A stretch of 64,000 bases of DNA from Amoebidium appalachense (Eukaryota; Protista; Ichthyosporea): assembly GCA_963693365.1 (NCBI GenBank), contig CAVNZM010000008.1:3687572-3751571 (forward strand), read 5' to 3'. Under the pieces are notes generated by a model. That model saw only the letters and a list, made by a program, of their open reading frames with translations, did no database searches and was not told the origin of the DNA. Below, one piece after another: positions 31,624 to 62,862 of this stretch; position 1 is the first letter of the stretch; each line of letters starts with the position of its first letter. Position numbers and translations under genes: made by a program.

Positions 31624-33197
31624 ATGGGGGGGATAAGGTAATGAACCCTACGGCCGAGATTCTAGACCCTAAACTACAATATATTTACCTGTCATCTTGA
31701 GTGAGTGACCCGTGTAGGCCTCAGTGACATATGACATATCATGATACAGCAGCTTACCGCTCAGTGCTTACAAATGTGCATGTGCCAATTGGTAGAGAGT
31801 GAACTTTTGAAAACTTGCACAAGTTTGGCATGCGCATCGATCGAGCGTAATTTGCACAAATGATCAAAATAATTCGACCCAATCTATTGTAACATGATGT
31901 GGCCTTGGGTCTCGTCAACTTCACAACGTAAAAGTATCGTTTTTGGTTATAATGACACAGGTTTCTGTTTTGAGGTGTGTTGGCCCCATAAGTATATGAT
32001 GGTGTTCTGTTTTGGTGTTTTTCGGTGTTTTTTCTGTACTGTGGCATGCATCCTCCGGACGTCGACGTGCTTTTCTCCGCATGGCAACATTCAAATGTTG
32101 AATTCCCGAGGTTTCGCCGCTGTGGACGTCATCAAGTGCCCGCGAGATCGCGATCTGGATGCAAAATCGATGCCGAATGTAGGTACTGTAGCTGGTTTTA
32201 GTCGGATAGTAGTGAACGAATCACTTATTCTATAATGCAGTTTGTGAATCTGCAAGTTCCCCCTAGTATATATGAATTTTCTGCCATGCACAAGCTTGCA
32301 CTAATACATACATGCAGCTGCGCATGCAGGCACATACATGTAGTCAAAGCGCTAGCGTGCAGCGGATCACTGCATCATAACGGTGCCGTCATGAATCATG
32401 ATCCCATGAGTCCCGGCGTATGATAGACTCGGATCATGTGTTTGGGGGTTTTAATGAGGGTACCGCCAAAAAAAACTGAAAAGAGTAATGGCTTGCATTC
32501 CAAATATTCGAATTTTGAAGTCGGAAATAAAGTAACGATTCATATTCAAAATCTTATTTCTGACGCATATATGCATTTTATTTCAAAAAATCACCTTCTA
32601 AAAAATGAGGAGGCAATTATGGCAAAATTTAATATTCCGGAACAATTGGTGCTTTTGGGAAACGGTTTGGTGTAGGGAGACTAACACAACTTGTTCTTGC
32701 AACCTATCGGTTGGCCGCGCTAAACTTTTGGGGAACCAATCAGAAATTTGTGCCGGTGTGCCGTGTTAACAGACGCTTCGGCCATACCGTATAGGCTATA
32801 TTTTGTACATAATCAACGGGACCCTTAAAAAATTGGTAAGAAAGCCTCGTTATTAGTTTGCTTATAGCTGTAAATTAGGCAATGTACTACTATAATCACA
32901 GTAGCGTCTGATCACACCCACCTTCGAAATCATTCGTAACGCGTTATAACGCGAAAGGGTGTCATACATTCGCGCAGTCTCAGTCTCAACGTTGGTGTCA
33001 ATGGAAGCCATTTCCTTTAACTTGTGTATCATACTGCTTCAAGAAGAAAAAGATATGTTTTACAGATTTAAAAACAGCCCAATGAACAATTAAACACACG
33101 TAAGCTTTTCACAATATCAAAAGTTCTCAGACTTGGGTCACAAGCTTTGAACTCCGAAGTTCCCGCACATTTTACCCCTTTTCATGTGTCAGTTCTA

Positions 33198-33285
33198 CAG
33201 CCCAATCAGCACTGCTCCTGGCACCTTTGGCGCTGAGTGCATCCAACCAATCAGCCATCACCCCTGGAAGTGGCAGTATAAAACT
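33198..33285 (+). promoter_or_regulatory. Putative core promoter of the adhesin gene (two CCAAT boxes plus TATA)
   Basis: cccaatca at ~33201, accaatca at ~33246 and gtataaaa at ~33276, about 160 nt upstream of the ATG at 33439. Confidence 0.5.
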
Positions 33286-33438
33286 TCCCGCAAGCGATCT
33301 GCCCACCTCAGTCAACACAGTTCCACTTACGAGTTTACACATTGTGAGGCTTGCTGTAAACAACACAGCAAGAGCCAAACGTTTCTCTGTAGGTTTAATT
33401 TACCTCGCTCGCCTAGTGCGGCAAAAATAGCCAGCAAA

Positions 33439-36190
33439 ATGGCTTCCACATTCACAGCATTCGCACTCGCTGCGTTTGCAACCACCAATATCGTAGAAGC
33501 AACGGGTGGTGTCAAGGTCAACAAACCAGGATGCACATGGCTAGCTTTCAAGCAGGGAAACAACTGTATGATGTACGACAAAAAGCACCCTAGATACGAG
33601 CTCAACTCGCTCAAGAGCGGGCCATGCTGTAACAACCCCAACCTGCTCACGTATCAGTTTATCGGTCAGAACATCCGCCTAAGCAATGGTGGTTGCATGG
33701 AGACCTGGGCCAAGCAGGTGTACTACGCAGACACGTGCAATGGCAGAGACACACAGAGGTTCCGTAAAATCGACAACATGAAGATCCAGTCACTTCACGA
33801 CTATACATGCTTCACGTACGTTAACCCCTATTGGAAAATGTGCCCGTGCACTACCCCTTCGAACCCCGTCCAGTTGGTTCAGGAGTTTTGCCCCTCCAGC
33901 TGCTACCAGCCAACATCACCACAACCCATCAGAACAACCACCACCACGCCCCCACGGCCCACCACTCGCACAACCACACGCACAACCACCACTACTTCAA
34001 AGCGTCCTTCTCCCTCCCCTAGTCCCGACTGCCCGCCGGGAAAGTGCTGCGAGTACCAGCGCTACCCCAAGACCGACAGCTACCAGAATATTCCGGGGGG
34101 AGGGCCCATGGCCCTCGTTGAGTGCCGCGTGAAGTGTGCGGCCGCCATCGGGTGCAACGCGTTCAGCTTCATGAACAACGTGTGCGTGTTTAAGAAGGTT
34201 GTCGTCGACAGCAAGGGTCCCGACGGGCTCTTCCCCAGCACCATGTGGGATCTGTACGTCCAGAACTGCTATAAGCCCACCACCACCACCACCAGGACCA
34301 CCACCAAGACGACCACTACTACCACAACCACTACACGCACCACCACAGCCACAACCAAAACAATTGCCCCCGACAACTGCCCGTACAACCTCTTGCAGGC
34401 CTCGACCGTTGTTGCCGGCCGCCAGATTGCCGTTGCTGCCAGCACACAGCCCGCCCAATGTGCTCGCGAGTGCACTCTGAACACTCAGTGCAACGCCTTC
34501 GTCTGGGACGGCCAAAGCTGCAAACTTCAGCGTCTGGTCTCCGCCGCTGACGTTATCCCTGGGCCGGCTACGTCATATGTCTTCCTTTCCACATGCCGCA
34601 ACGGGACCACCACCACCGTCACACCCACACCCACCACTACCACCACCGTTACCCCTGCCCCCCCCCACCAGCACCACCACGACGACCACCACTACCCCTA
34701 ACAATGAGTGCCCCACCGCGCCTCCCGGCTGCGACTACATCCCGCTCTACCAACGCGACTCGCCGCGCACCATTCCGGGCGGTGGCCGAATTACCCTTGC
34801 TCAGTGTAAGGACGCCTGCACCGCCAACCAGCAATGCAACGCTTTCTCGTGGAACGGGCAGGACTGCGTGCTCAAGGACATCACCGACACCGAGCAGGAC
34901 CTCGTTTTTGCGCAAAATATGGATGTCTACCTGAAGGTCTGCAACGAGGGTCCCCAGTGGACCGAGTGGAGCGCGTGTTCCGACACGTGCATTGGTCGCC
35001 AGACACGTGAGTGCCTGGATGATTCCGGCGAGGCGTCTAAGTGCTGCCCTGGCAACTCCACACGTGCTTGCGGCAATTCGAGTGACCCCAACTGCAGCTT
35101 CTCCCAAGAGAGCATCAGCCGCACAACGACCACGACCACCCCCACCACCACATACTCCATCCCTATCACCAGCACCAGCACCACCACATCACGGAGCTTC
35201 GGCCCAGACACCAGCACCGCCACAACCAGCACTTCTTCGGTGATCACCACGGTTCCTCCTCCCCCACCAACGACGACTGTGCCGCCGCCACCACCCACCA
35301 CCACCGTTCCTCCTCCACCCACCACCACCGTTCCTCCCCCACCTCCCACCACTACCGTTCCTCCCCCACCTCCCACCACTACCGTTCCCCCACCACCTCC
35401 CACCACAACCGTTCCTCCCCCACCTCCAACAACGACCGTTCCCCCTGCCCCGCCGACGACAACGGTGCCGCCGCCACCTCCCACTACCACCGTTCCTCCT
35501 CCTCCGCCAACAACCACCGTGCCGCCATACACCACCACCCTCCCGCCTAGCCCACCCACCACCTCCGACATCCCCATCAGCACGACCACCACCACTATCA
35601 CTCCAACCACCACCATCATCACCACCACCACCACCAGTGTGTCGCCGCCAAACCCGACATGCCCCGACCCGTACATCAAGGACAAGTGTGACAAGAACGC
35701 GTGTGTGAAGGACTGCAAGTGTGTCTGTGACACTGGCTTCACCGGCAACGGTTACACATGCGTCTCCAACGGATACCCCGAGCCTACACCATCCCCGGAA
35801 CCGTCCAAGAATGGGAACATCGGTGGTCGCGTGTGGGTGGATGTCAACAAGAATGCGCAGCAGGAACCCAACGAGCAGGGCCTTCCCAACGTCGCGATTC
35901 TTATCATGAGTGCTGACGAATCTGAAGTTCTTGCGACCGTTCTGACGGACGCGAATGGCAAATACTTGTTTGCAGGTGTGCCTGTCGGCAACTATTTGAT
36001 TGCGGTGGATGAAGAAACAGTTCCCCAGGAGTTGATTTTGAGCTTTGCAAAGGGCGGTCGTAGCGACGCGAGCTCGCAGGTTTCTTTGGGTGCCGGACAG
36101 TCGATTTTGGATGTCGATTTTGGTTACAAGCCTGATGGGTATGGTAGCGGTAATGGGCCGTACATGGGAAAGGGTAACGCTGGCCATTAG
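33439..36190 (+). CDS. Intronless secreted multidomain adhesin/mucin-like protein (~916 aa): signal peptide, Cys-rich ricin-B-like region, 3 PAN/apple, TSP1, Pro/Thr repeats, EGF, SdrD-B/Cna-B-like domain; one frameshift at a C9 run
   Basis: ORFs 33184..34701 and 34577..36190 fuse if one C is removed from 34658-34666. Motifs: MASTFTAFALAAFA (signal), three C-x3-C-x5-CNAF-x6-C apple modules, WTEWSACSDTC...RQTREC (TSP1), CVCDTGFTGNGYTC (EGF), IGGRVWVDVNKNAQQEPNEQGL...TDANGKYLF..V..GNY (SdrD B-like). Confidence 0.85.
35245..35560 (+). repeat. Coding minisatellite, ~11 x 27 bp, encoding PPPPPTTTV
   Basis: Visible in the translation of ORF 34577..36190; units differ at synonymous positions. Confidence 0.9.
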
Positions 36191-36259
36191 AGTGTTTGAT
36201 CATTCTAGGGAAAGGGTAACGCTGGCCATTAGAGTGTTTGACCATTCTAGAATGGTCAA
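36166..36259 (+). repeat. 42-bp tandem duplication spanning the stop codon plus a 22-bp perfect palindrome
   Basis: gggaaagggtaacgctggccattagagtgtttga(t/c)cattcta occurs at 36166 and 36208; ttgaccattctagaatggtcaa lies at 36238-36259. Confidence 0.9.
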
Positions 36260-37878
36260 TCTTAGAACATCATTAGTATTGTTTGCGTTAGCAAAGCAAC
36301 CATGCAGCTGGTCTGCGTAGCGGATTGCAAATTTGCGAATTTGTTATGTTAGCGCCGGAGCACGGCGTGTACAGGAAGAGGTCGATTGTAAATACAGACA
36401 ACCGGTTATAACAACATTTGCAATTGGCCGATTCGTGTATTCCCTCCCACCCCCGCTGCCGCTCACCCACCCATTCGACCATGCACACGGTACTGCAGCA
36501 TCCCCTACACGTGCACCCATGCAATATGAATCTGCTCATTGCCTGCACGGCCGATCAGCCCAGTGGCACAAAACACAAAGACTTGATCGTTTTTTTATTA
36601 CCGGTTCGATCAAGGGGGCCAGTGCCGAAGCCTTGCAAATTCCGAACACCTGTTGCCGAGTAACAACACTGCACACACACACACACACACTCGCAACGCA
36701 CGCACGCACGCGCACACATGCACATACACATACCGATCGCGACACGCACGTACACTGCGAGTCACACGCACACACCCGGGCACACAACACTCATACGCAC
36801 ACGTACGCGCATTTGCACACTGGCACACGGAAGTTTTTGCGCGCGCACACACACGCACGTACATACACCATAAGCAACTAAGCTATGAATGTCTTGTGTG
36901 TCCTCATGAACCCACTCTTCCGACGGGTGGGTACCAGCCCCCGGCCCCAGCTGGTAGGTATACCGTACCATGACAGCAAGCCAATAATCTTTCATATTTA
37001 ATTTTTAACTTCTTTCACCGGGTGTTTATTAGCATCTTGTGGCATATATCTATATCTGTCTTTGTGTGGGTCCCAAGCCCCCAGGAGCACTACACTATAC
37101 AATGTCACATACATAAACTAATCATGGGGGTTAATTTATTTAGTAAATAGAAAATATTTAGTAAAAAATAATTAATTAGTAGAAGATAGTTATAAGGGAA
37201 TTCTTATAGATTCATGTGTTTACCCCCCGACTTCGTCGACCAGGCAAAACCCCTGACAATTTTTTTTTTTCTTTTTCTTCTTCTTTTTTTTTTTTCCTTC
37301 TAAGAAAAAAAGAGGGAAAAGGGGGGACCAGAACACCACAACCGCGTCGAGTATACAGTAACCAAGCAATAGACTAAGATCGATAGTTTGCTCGAATAGT
37401 AGTTCTGTTTGCATCTATAACCGACTCAGAGAAATATGTTCGTATAAGCCAACCATCTTTATGTGCTCATGTATTCATGTATACCATATGTTTGGGCCAG
37501 GCACAGGTTTGAAAAGATCACGTGAATGCAAACCGTACAACATCAACTTTGCCTCGGGATAAAATATATTGGGGTGACTACGTATACAGGGGAATCATTA
37601 AGACTCAAGCCACCACTCTACTAACCTTGAAACTGATAAGATGTATAGCACCTAACTTAAAGCAACCAATTCACAGAGAGAGCAAAAAAATAAATGAATA
37701 GAAACCAAAGGGAAGCACAAAAGTTCTCATTAGCATAACGAGGCATTCGCAAGAAAGGGGTAGGCATAAGCAACAGATGTCGGCAAAGAGTTGTTCAAAG
37801 AACACTAACACTTTTCACATAAGACAATGGTGTACTAAAGTAAAAATCATTCTATAAATAAAATAGGTCAGCCATTAT

Positions 37879-38034
37879 CCCCCCCCCCCCTCCCCCCTCC
37901 CCCCTCTCCCCCTCTCCCCTCCCCCCCTCCCCCTCCCCCCCCCTCCCCCCTCCCCCTCCCCCCCCCTCCCCCTCCCCCTCCCCCTCCCCCCTCCCCCTCC
38001 CCCTCCCCCTCCCCTCCCCCCTCCCCCCCTCCCT
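37879..38034 (-). repeat. (GGGGGA)n-like satellite immediately 3' of the ARMC8 stop
   Basis: About 25 C-runs separated by single T on the + strand. Confidence 0.9.
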
Positions 38035-38060
38035 TCTACAGCCAATATTGGAAATTTTTA

Positions 38061-55818
<17,758 letters not shown>

Positions 55819-58172
55819 GCCGCCTGCTTGTTTTTTCCGCTCCGGACTGCTGGAGCGCTCGTTTGCTGTGTGGGTGGGGTGACGTGTTCCGTCTGCCAGG
55901 CGGGACGCCTTAGCTGGGCGTGCTTGCATGTGTTTTTACCTCAGAAAGACCAGAACAGGACGCCGATGCAATGAGATAGAGATTGGTTGTCCCGGTGTTG
56001 TGCAAAACCCGTGTATGAGTGGAGTGTGTGTGTGTATATATCTCGGACAGAACTGGAAAAATAGGGTAGACTTCGTTAACGGAAACGAAAGCATTGATGG
56101 TGGAAATTTATGTTAAGAGCACCTACTGTGTAAGAACCAAATCCAAAGCAACCTAGTTGTTCCGAAGCAGCTATAAAAGCAACTTCTCTTAACACGCGTC
56201 GCTTAGGGCTTTATGACCACCCCCTCAAAAAACCAGGCACGTGTTCGCTTTGGACTCTTTGGGCCAGCACTGTGGTAATCATACACAACAATCAGTAGTC
56301 AATCTCAACTATGTTGCAAGCACAATTGAAACGAAAGCACGTCAGTGATGAAGGTGACTGGCAAGGCGCAGACCTGTACTGTGCCATGGCATCCACCGAC
56401 ATAACCGATTCGAGCCACGATGACAGCATATTTTCAAAACCGAACACACCCTACACTTGCTGGAAGGCCTGGTGGGATGTGTGCTATCCGATACGACGTG
56501 TACTTTTACGGGCTATATAAAAGTTACGCCAGATCGCACACACCCCACAGCCATGATGACGGCAACTTGCAGCTTCGGCCCGGGCCTTGAGCGGCTCACC
56601 GTTTTACGTATCCTCCTGTGTGGTTGTTTTTGGTGTGGAGAGATTATGTGCGTGTGAGTACGTGCGTGTGTGGGTGCGTGTCTACTGATTGAATACTTGA
56701 GGAAAACAAGAATGGCGCACGCGTGATGTACACCGCGTTGCCTTGTATTCTGGGCATGTGTGGTTGAACTCACCGGCGGGCTGACGAAACTGAGGCGTGC
56801 CACTGAGGTGTGCAAGTTTGTGCCTTAGATAGTGTGTGTGCCTGTGCAGCAGTTTCCTGAAACCCTGTCCGTGTAGGTCGGCTGGCAGCCTGGCAAGTAT
56901 CATCTAAAGGCTACTTTAACAGCTTGGGCTTTGAGAACGACTACACATGCTTTGTTCAAGATGCTGTTTCAGGTAGGCACTTTAACCAGCTGGACTTCAC
57001 TTCCTTGTTTGCTAGTACGTGCACAGCTTCAACACACTCCTTACTCTGACTCCGGTATATATATCACCTTCATCGCTTTTTAATAGCTGCAATAATGGTG
57101 AGGAAACGGCAGACCCAAAAGCCTCCCATAGTACCTTTGCCTCTCACACCCGTCGGCTCCAACTCATCCCTCTCTTCGGTCCCCCTACGTACACGTCCTC
57201 GTTACTCTATCCTTCCACAGCCTTTAGATCTACGAAAAACAGGTTTTGCACGACTACAAATTTGTTTGCCAAGGAGCATTGAGTGCAGAAATCTTCCCAT
57301 AGGACGGAAAGGGTCAGGAAGTCGGCCTGGCTTGCACCAACTTCTCTATTTCCCAACTTCTCTATTCCCCTTCTAGATCTATGGTGTAAACCTATCGGGC
57401 TGTTTTGGACTGCTTAATACCTCACCATCGGGCCAGCAACCCGGCTAACCCAACCATAGCAGGCCAACCCAACCACTTCCCGTGCACCAACCTAACATGT
57501 GTACCACCTTCTGAGCCTTCATATAACCCTGCAGCACACACATGACCACATGCGTGCACGCAAGCACGGATGCATAAGCACGTACACACAGAAAGAGGTG
57601 GAGACAAGGAGAGGCGGCGGGGGGGGGGAGGGGAGGGGGGGGAGGGGGTGGTGGGGGGACAGGGAGAGAGAGATGCATGGAGAGGTAGACACATGCACAC
57701 ATCAACACACAAACACACAGACACATACACAAGAGAGGGGGGGGGGGGGGGAGAAGGAGAGAGAGAGGGAGAGAGGCATACACAAGAGAGGGAGAGAGGG
57801 AGGGAGGGAGGGAGGGAGGGAGGGAGGGAGGGAGGGAGAAAGGAGAGCCTGAGAGAGCGAGATGTAAATAGAGGGAGGAAAAGGAGAGGGATAAGAACAT
57901 AGAGAGAAAGAGGGAGACAGAGAAAAAGAGGGGAAGGGGGTGGAGGGGTAGAGGGAGGGAGGGAGGGAGGGAGGGAGGGGGGGAGAGAGAGAGACGGAAA
58001 GGGGGCCTCTCAGGCCGGGAAGGTTGCGCCGGCGAGGGCTCGTAGGGGGAAGAGGGAGACCAACTAATTAGCATCTTGGTGCGTACACAACTTGTGACGC
58101 GCGCGCGCGCACGCACACACACACACACAGACACAGACAGACACAGACACACACACACACACACACACACCA

Positions 58173-58229
<57 letters not shown>

Positions 58230-58268
58230 AACCCACACACACACACACGCACACGCACACACACACCA

Positions 58269-58335
<67 letters not shown>

Positions 58336-59421
58336 CACACAGACAGACATACAAACACACACACACACTATGTGACGATGCGTGGTGAAACAATTACGTA
58401 GACACCGCACGTTCCCCACACACTAAACCTGCCGGAACTTCCTTCGCACGTGGCCACTGGCCACTGGAGTCTGTGAACGGTTACAAATAGGAACTGCTAT
58501 GGCTGCAGGCTGTGACAGTATGTGCCACGATCCCACGGATCCGGGAGCCTCCACCGTGACAGAATATAGTCATGGTTGAGCCATGATGACGTTTTTGTTC
58601 TTTTGTTGTAAATTAGTAAATAACGGCTTGGCACATTTGAATTGGTTCTAAATCAGGCAATGCTTACACCGCTTCTAATAGCCAATGAGGTTGCGTAGCG
58701 AAACACGCTTCATTGTGTCTGTGCTAGTGCTACCGAAAGTTTATGTGAGTTCCTGACTGAGTGGGTCAAGGTCAAGACGTTTTTGAAAGAATGTAAAAGA
58801 ACTCTATGATAAAACTTTTAAAAGTTTACAAACGTGAATGTATTTTTTAAAACTTTGGCTTAGAGTTCGTTGGAAAGACGGAATAAAACGCCCCAACAGG
58901 GTGCGTGGGAGAGTCTGGCTCACAGCTGAGCCGCTTTGGATTTCCAAAATTCGTTTAAGAAGTCATTTATTTGTCGTAGGATATATCATTTAAAACCCCA
59001 TTATATTATACATAGGGGTTTCAATGTGATATTTTCAGTTACTGACAATACCTAAAGTACCGAATATTGATGGGCTCAGAGTGACGGCAAACCAAAAGCT
59101 TTGCAGCGACACAAACAAAAAATGGGATAGCTAGTGGCCTTGCGTCAGGCCAAAGTTCGACATCAACAAACTGAAGCTCTCTATCAAACTTCTGCTCCTT
59201 ATCCTAGCAAGTTACGTTCTTGGGATATGTAAAACGTTCTCCTTTTTTCCTTGTCACAACGGTTTCGTTGTTCTGGTCTCCACATCAGTACTCCCTTTTC
59301 CCCTGTGCAGAATTCGTCCATTTGGGAGCTCATGCACACCACCACCTAACCTCTACCCACTCGTTTTTTTGTCTGGAGCACCCATTGCACTCCTCAAATG
59401 ATACGTATAGACAAATCAAAA

Positions 59422-60051
59422 ATGAGGTCACTCTACAGCTCCCCTCTTACAACCCGGAGCAAGACTTTTGACGATTTGGGCGGGCCACTTGCACACGCAG
59501 AGTTGTTTGTCGGTGACCACCCGAGTTCTAGTCACGTGCACGACTTGAAAACGAACCATCACGCAGAAAATCACCACACAGATGCAGCGCCCGTTAAAGG
59601 ATCAGGTGACGCGAAAAGTATGTTTATTTTCTGTGTGGTGTCTGTGTAAGGGGACGTGGAATCATGCTTATGCGCTTTTGTGTGTTCACGATGTGTGTGT
59701 GTCCGTACAATGGTGTGTGTGTGTCGGCATCTGGTTTTGTGTGTTTAAGATTGCCTGTGTATGTCTGCGTCGGACCCTGTTCTGCAACTGTGCACGTCAT
59801 ATGAAGTTGGCGCCCATATTGCTTGCGGAGTTCCTGGTCATCTTTTTTTGAGTTCGGAAGTTGCAAGCTCCTAACAACTATGCTCATCATGGAATGGTTC
59901 TTAGTTTTGAGGCTGACTATGTACAGGCCTAACGCTTACCGGTTTGCATCTATCCTTAAGTCACCGTGTCGTCTCCTCCTCCTCCCCTTCCTCCCCCCCC
60001 TTCCCCTTTCCAGTGCGCACGCACACACACACGCACACGCACGCACACACG

Positions 60052-60094
<43 letters not shown>

Positions 60095-60995
60095 GCATGC
60101 ACCTTACTCGAGCCCATTTACTCACAAACTCATAACACGTCATTCTTCCCTTCACTCTTCTTCAGGCCGGGTGCGTGGCATGTTGACGTTCGACCAGCTA
60201 CGCAGCAAGATCGAAAACAGCGAGATTGAGACTGTGATTTTGGGCATGACGGACCACTGGGGCAGGTTGCAGGGCAAAAGAATCGATGCTGACTTCTTTC
60301 TAAGCCACCCTGAGACGGCGGCATGTAATTATCTGCTGGCATGTGACTTGGTACGGCAATATCTTTGGACTCGTGTAAAAATGTGATGTGCGTGCGGATC
60401 AGTGTTCGAAAGCCTTGCTGTTTCCGCATGCAAGGTGATAGAGAATGGCTGGGGATGTGTTATGAAAGAAAGTTCCGAGCCCTATGCAATGATGGCACGC
60501 AAAACGTGAAGTGTTGCAAATGTCTTAAGGCCGGTGTAAAGTTAGGGGTTTTTCTTGTGAGACGAGGATTGGGTCAATGGAAGGTGGTAATAAGTTAGGG
60601 GGTGCAAGGGGCAGGGAAGGGGCAAAAGGGGGGGGGGGGGGGTAATTCCCATCACCTAAAGCGGCAGATTTTTTGGCACCTATGCACCTATGATGACATT
60701 ATGGAGCTGTGCAATTGTATATGTCAAGAGAACCAATCCTGCCACCCCATTTATTGCTTTTTTGACTAATATTCTCTCTGTCACGCGAATTTCAGGACAT
60801 GAACCCAATTAAGGGCTTCAAGCTGTTCAGTTGGGAGAAGGGTTTCGGCGACTTTGTGCTGAGGCCCGCATGGGAATCACTTCGCATCTGGTTAGCCCCC
60901 CCCCCCCCCCCCCCCCCCCCTCCCCCTCCCCCGAGTTCGGCCTCCTCTTCCTCTCCCTTCACTTCCTCCCCACATCCCGTCCCTCTCATTCTCCC

Positions 60996-61026
<31 letters not shown>

Positions 61027-61450
61027 AAAAAAAAAAAAAAGGAAAGAAAGAAACAAAGAGAAAGAAAAGACACCACCAATACCATTACAGCCATCACCAC
61101 CCACTTCTTAGGGGTCCCGTTCATTCCTTTCTCGATTCCTTTCACGTGCTCTCTTAGCATCGCTGTATCCGGCATGCAATACGCTGGTTTTTTGTCTGCC
61201 TGGTTTCTATTGTTGCTACTTGAATCTTTGTTCATGTTCTAAGTATAGGTAGGTAGAATGAAAGCACAATACACGCTAGGGGAGCCTCGGGGCAGAGGGG
61301 GAGGGGGGAGGGGAGGGGGGAGGGCTTGGAGAGGCTTTTTTGTGACTTGGCTGTACACATAACAAGTTCCCCTTTCCCCTCTGACTGTATGTGCATGCAT
61401 TTACACTCATTCACACACATGTCCTCCATAATCTGCTGTGCTCTTGCCCT

Positions 61451-61547
<97 letters not shown>

Positions 61548-61669
61548 CTCGTGGCACCCTAAGACCGCACTTCTCCTTGCTGACGTTGTTGATGAGGAGG
61601 GACATCCAATCGAAGTTGCCCCAAGGTACGTTTCATCTAATTCCCCCCTTCTCTTTCTCCCCCCCCCCC

Positions 61670-61704
<35 letters not shown>

Positions 61705-62782
61705 GGTGCCTTTCGCCCATATCGATCCCACTTTGTTTGTGACATTTGTTTGCATGAGTAAAGCTTGGTGAAGCAGATCAGGCTTAAGCAGTGGAGCAGT
61801 ATTTGAGTTGGGTTCCACATGCAAGGGGGGTCGAAAGTCGTGTTATGAATATGACTTGGGCCCCCTACAGTATGAACTTGAATCTATGATGCATACTCTT
61901 TCTGTGTGTATTTTTCTGCCGAAAAATGTCCGTTGTGTTGTATAAGTGTGTTGTATAACGTCCTAGCACATACTTCATACTTAATAACACCATCTACCCC
62001 CCCCCCCTCCCCCCCCCCCCCCCCCCCCCCCCCCCCTGCAGGTCTATTCTAAAGAAACAGATCCAACATGCAGCGGAGATGGGTTTTACGGCCAAAGCCG
62101 CCTCCGAGCTCGAGTACTATGTGTACAAGCAGGGGTACAGACAGGCACGGGCAGGAGAGTACAAGGTGTGTACTGATTAATAGAAAAGAATGTGTGTGTG
62201 TGTGTGTGGATGGATGGTTGGGTGGGGGCTTGTGTGAGTATGTTTTGAGGGAAGGGAGGTATGTGTTTAGTGTGTGTGTGGATGCATGCACGTGTGTGTA
62301 TGTCAGTGTGTGTGTGCATGCATGTGTTTGTGTGTGTGTGTGTTTGGGAGGGGAGGAGAGGAAGGGGCGAGGGGGGGGGGGGGGAGGGGGGAAGGGGGGG
62401 AGGGGAGTGCATGTGTGTGTGTGCATGTGTGGGTGTGGGTGTGTGTGGATGTAGTCGTATGCTGTGTAATTACACGTGACACACGTTCGGCTTGACATGC
62501 ATGTGCACGTGTTCGTGCACGTGCCATACACGTACGAGGACCTTACACTCACACTAGCATGGGTGAGCGCGCAAGCAAGAGTACACGATTCACCAGAAGC
62601 ACCAATTCACTTGGACGCACACACATGCAGAAACGTATACCACACCCTCTCGTTTGTTTACTCACACATGTCCTTCTCATACCTCGGCCAATAGCCACCA
62701 ATCAGTGCACGTGTCATGCTTTTCAGTATGCTCATTTCCATGTCTCATGGTGTTTAATTCTTGTTTTACCCCCCCCAGCCCC

Positions 62783-62862
<80 letters not shown>

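Noticed and set aside
32454-32829. TTAA-type transposon with agggt(a/c)ccg ends
   Set aside because: Only a ~9-bp imperfect inverted match with no intact TSD.
33184-33438. N-terminal 85 aa of ORF 33184..34701
   Set aside because: It overlaps the CCAAT/TATA motifs, and the signal peptide starts at ATG 33439.
34927-36187. Long antisense ORFs over the adhesin
   Set aside because: They are shadows of the C-rich repetitive coding strand.
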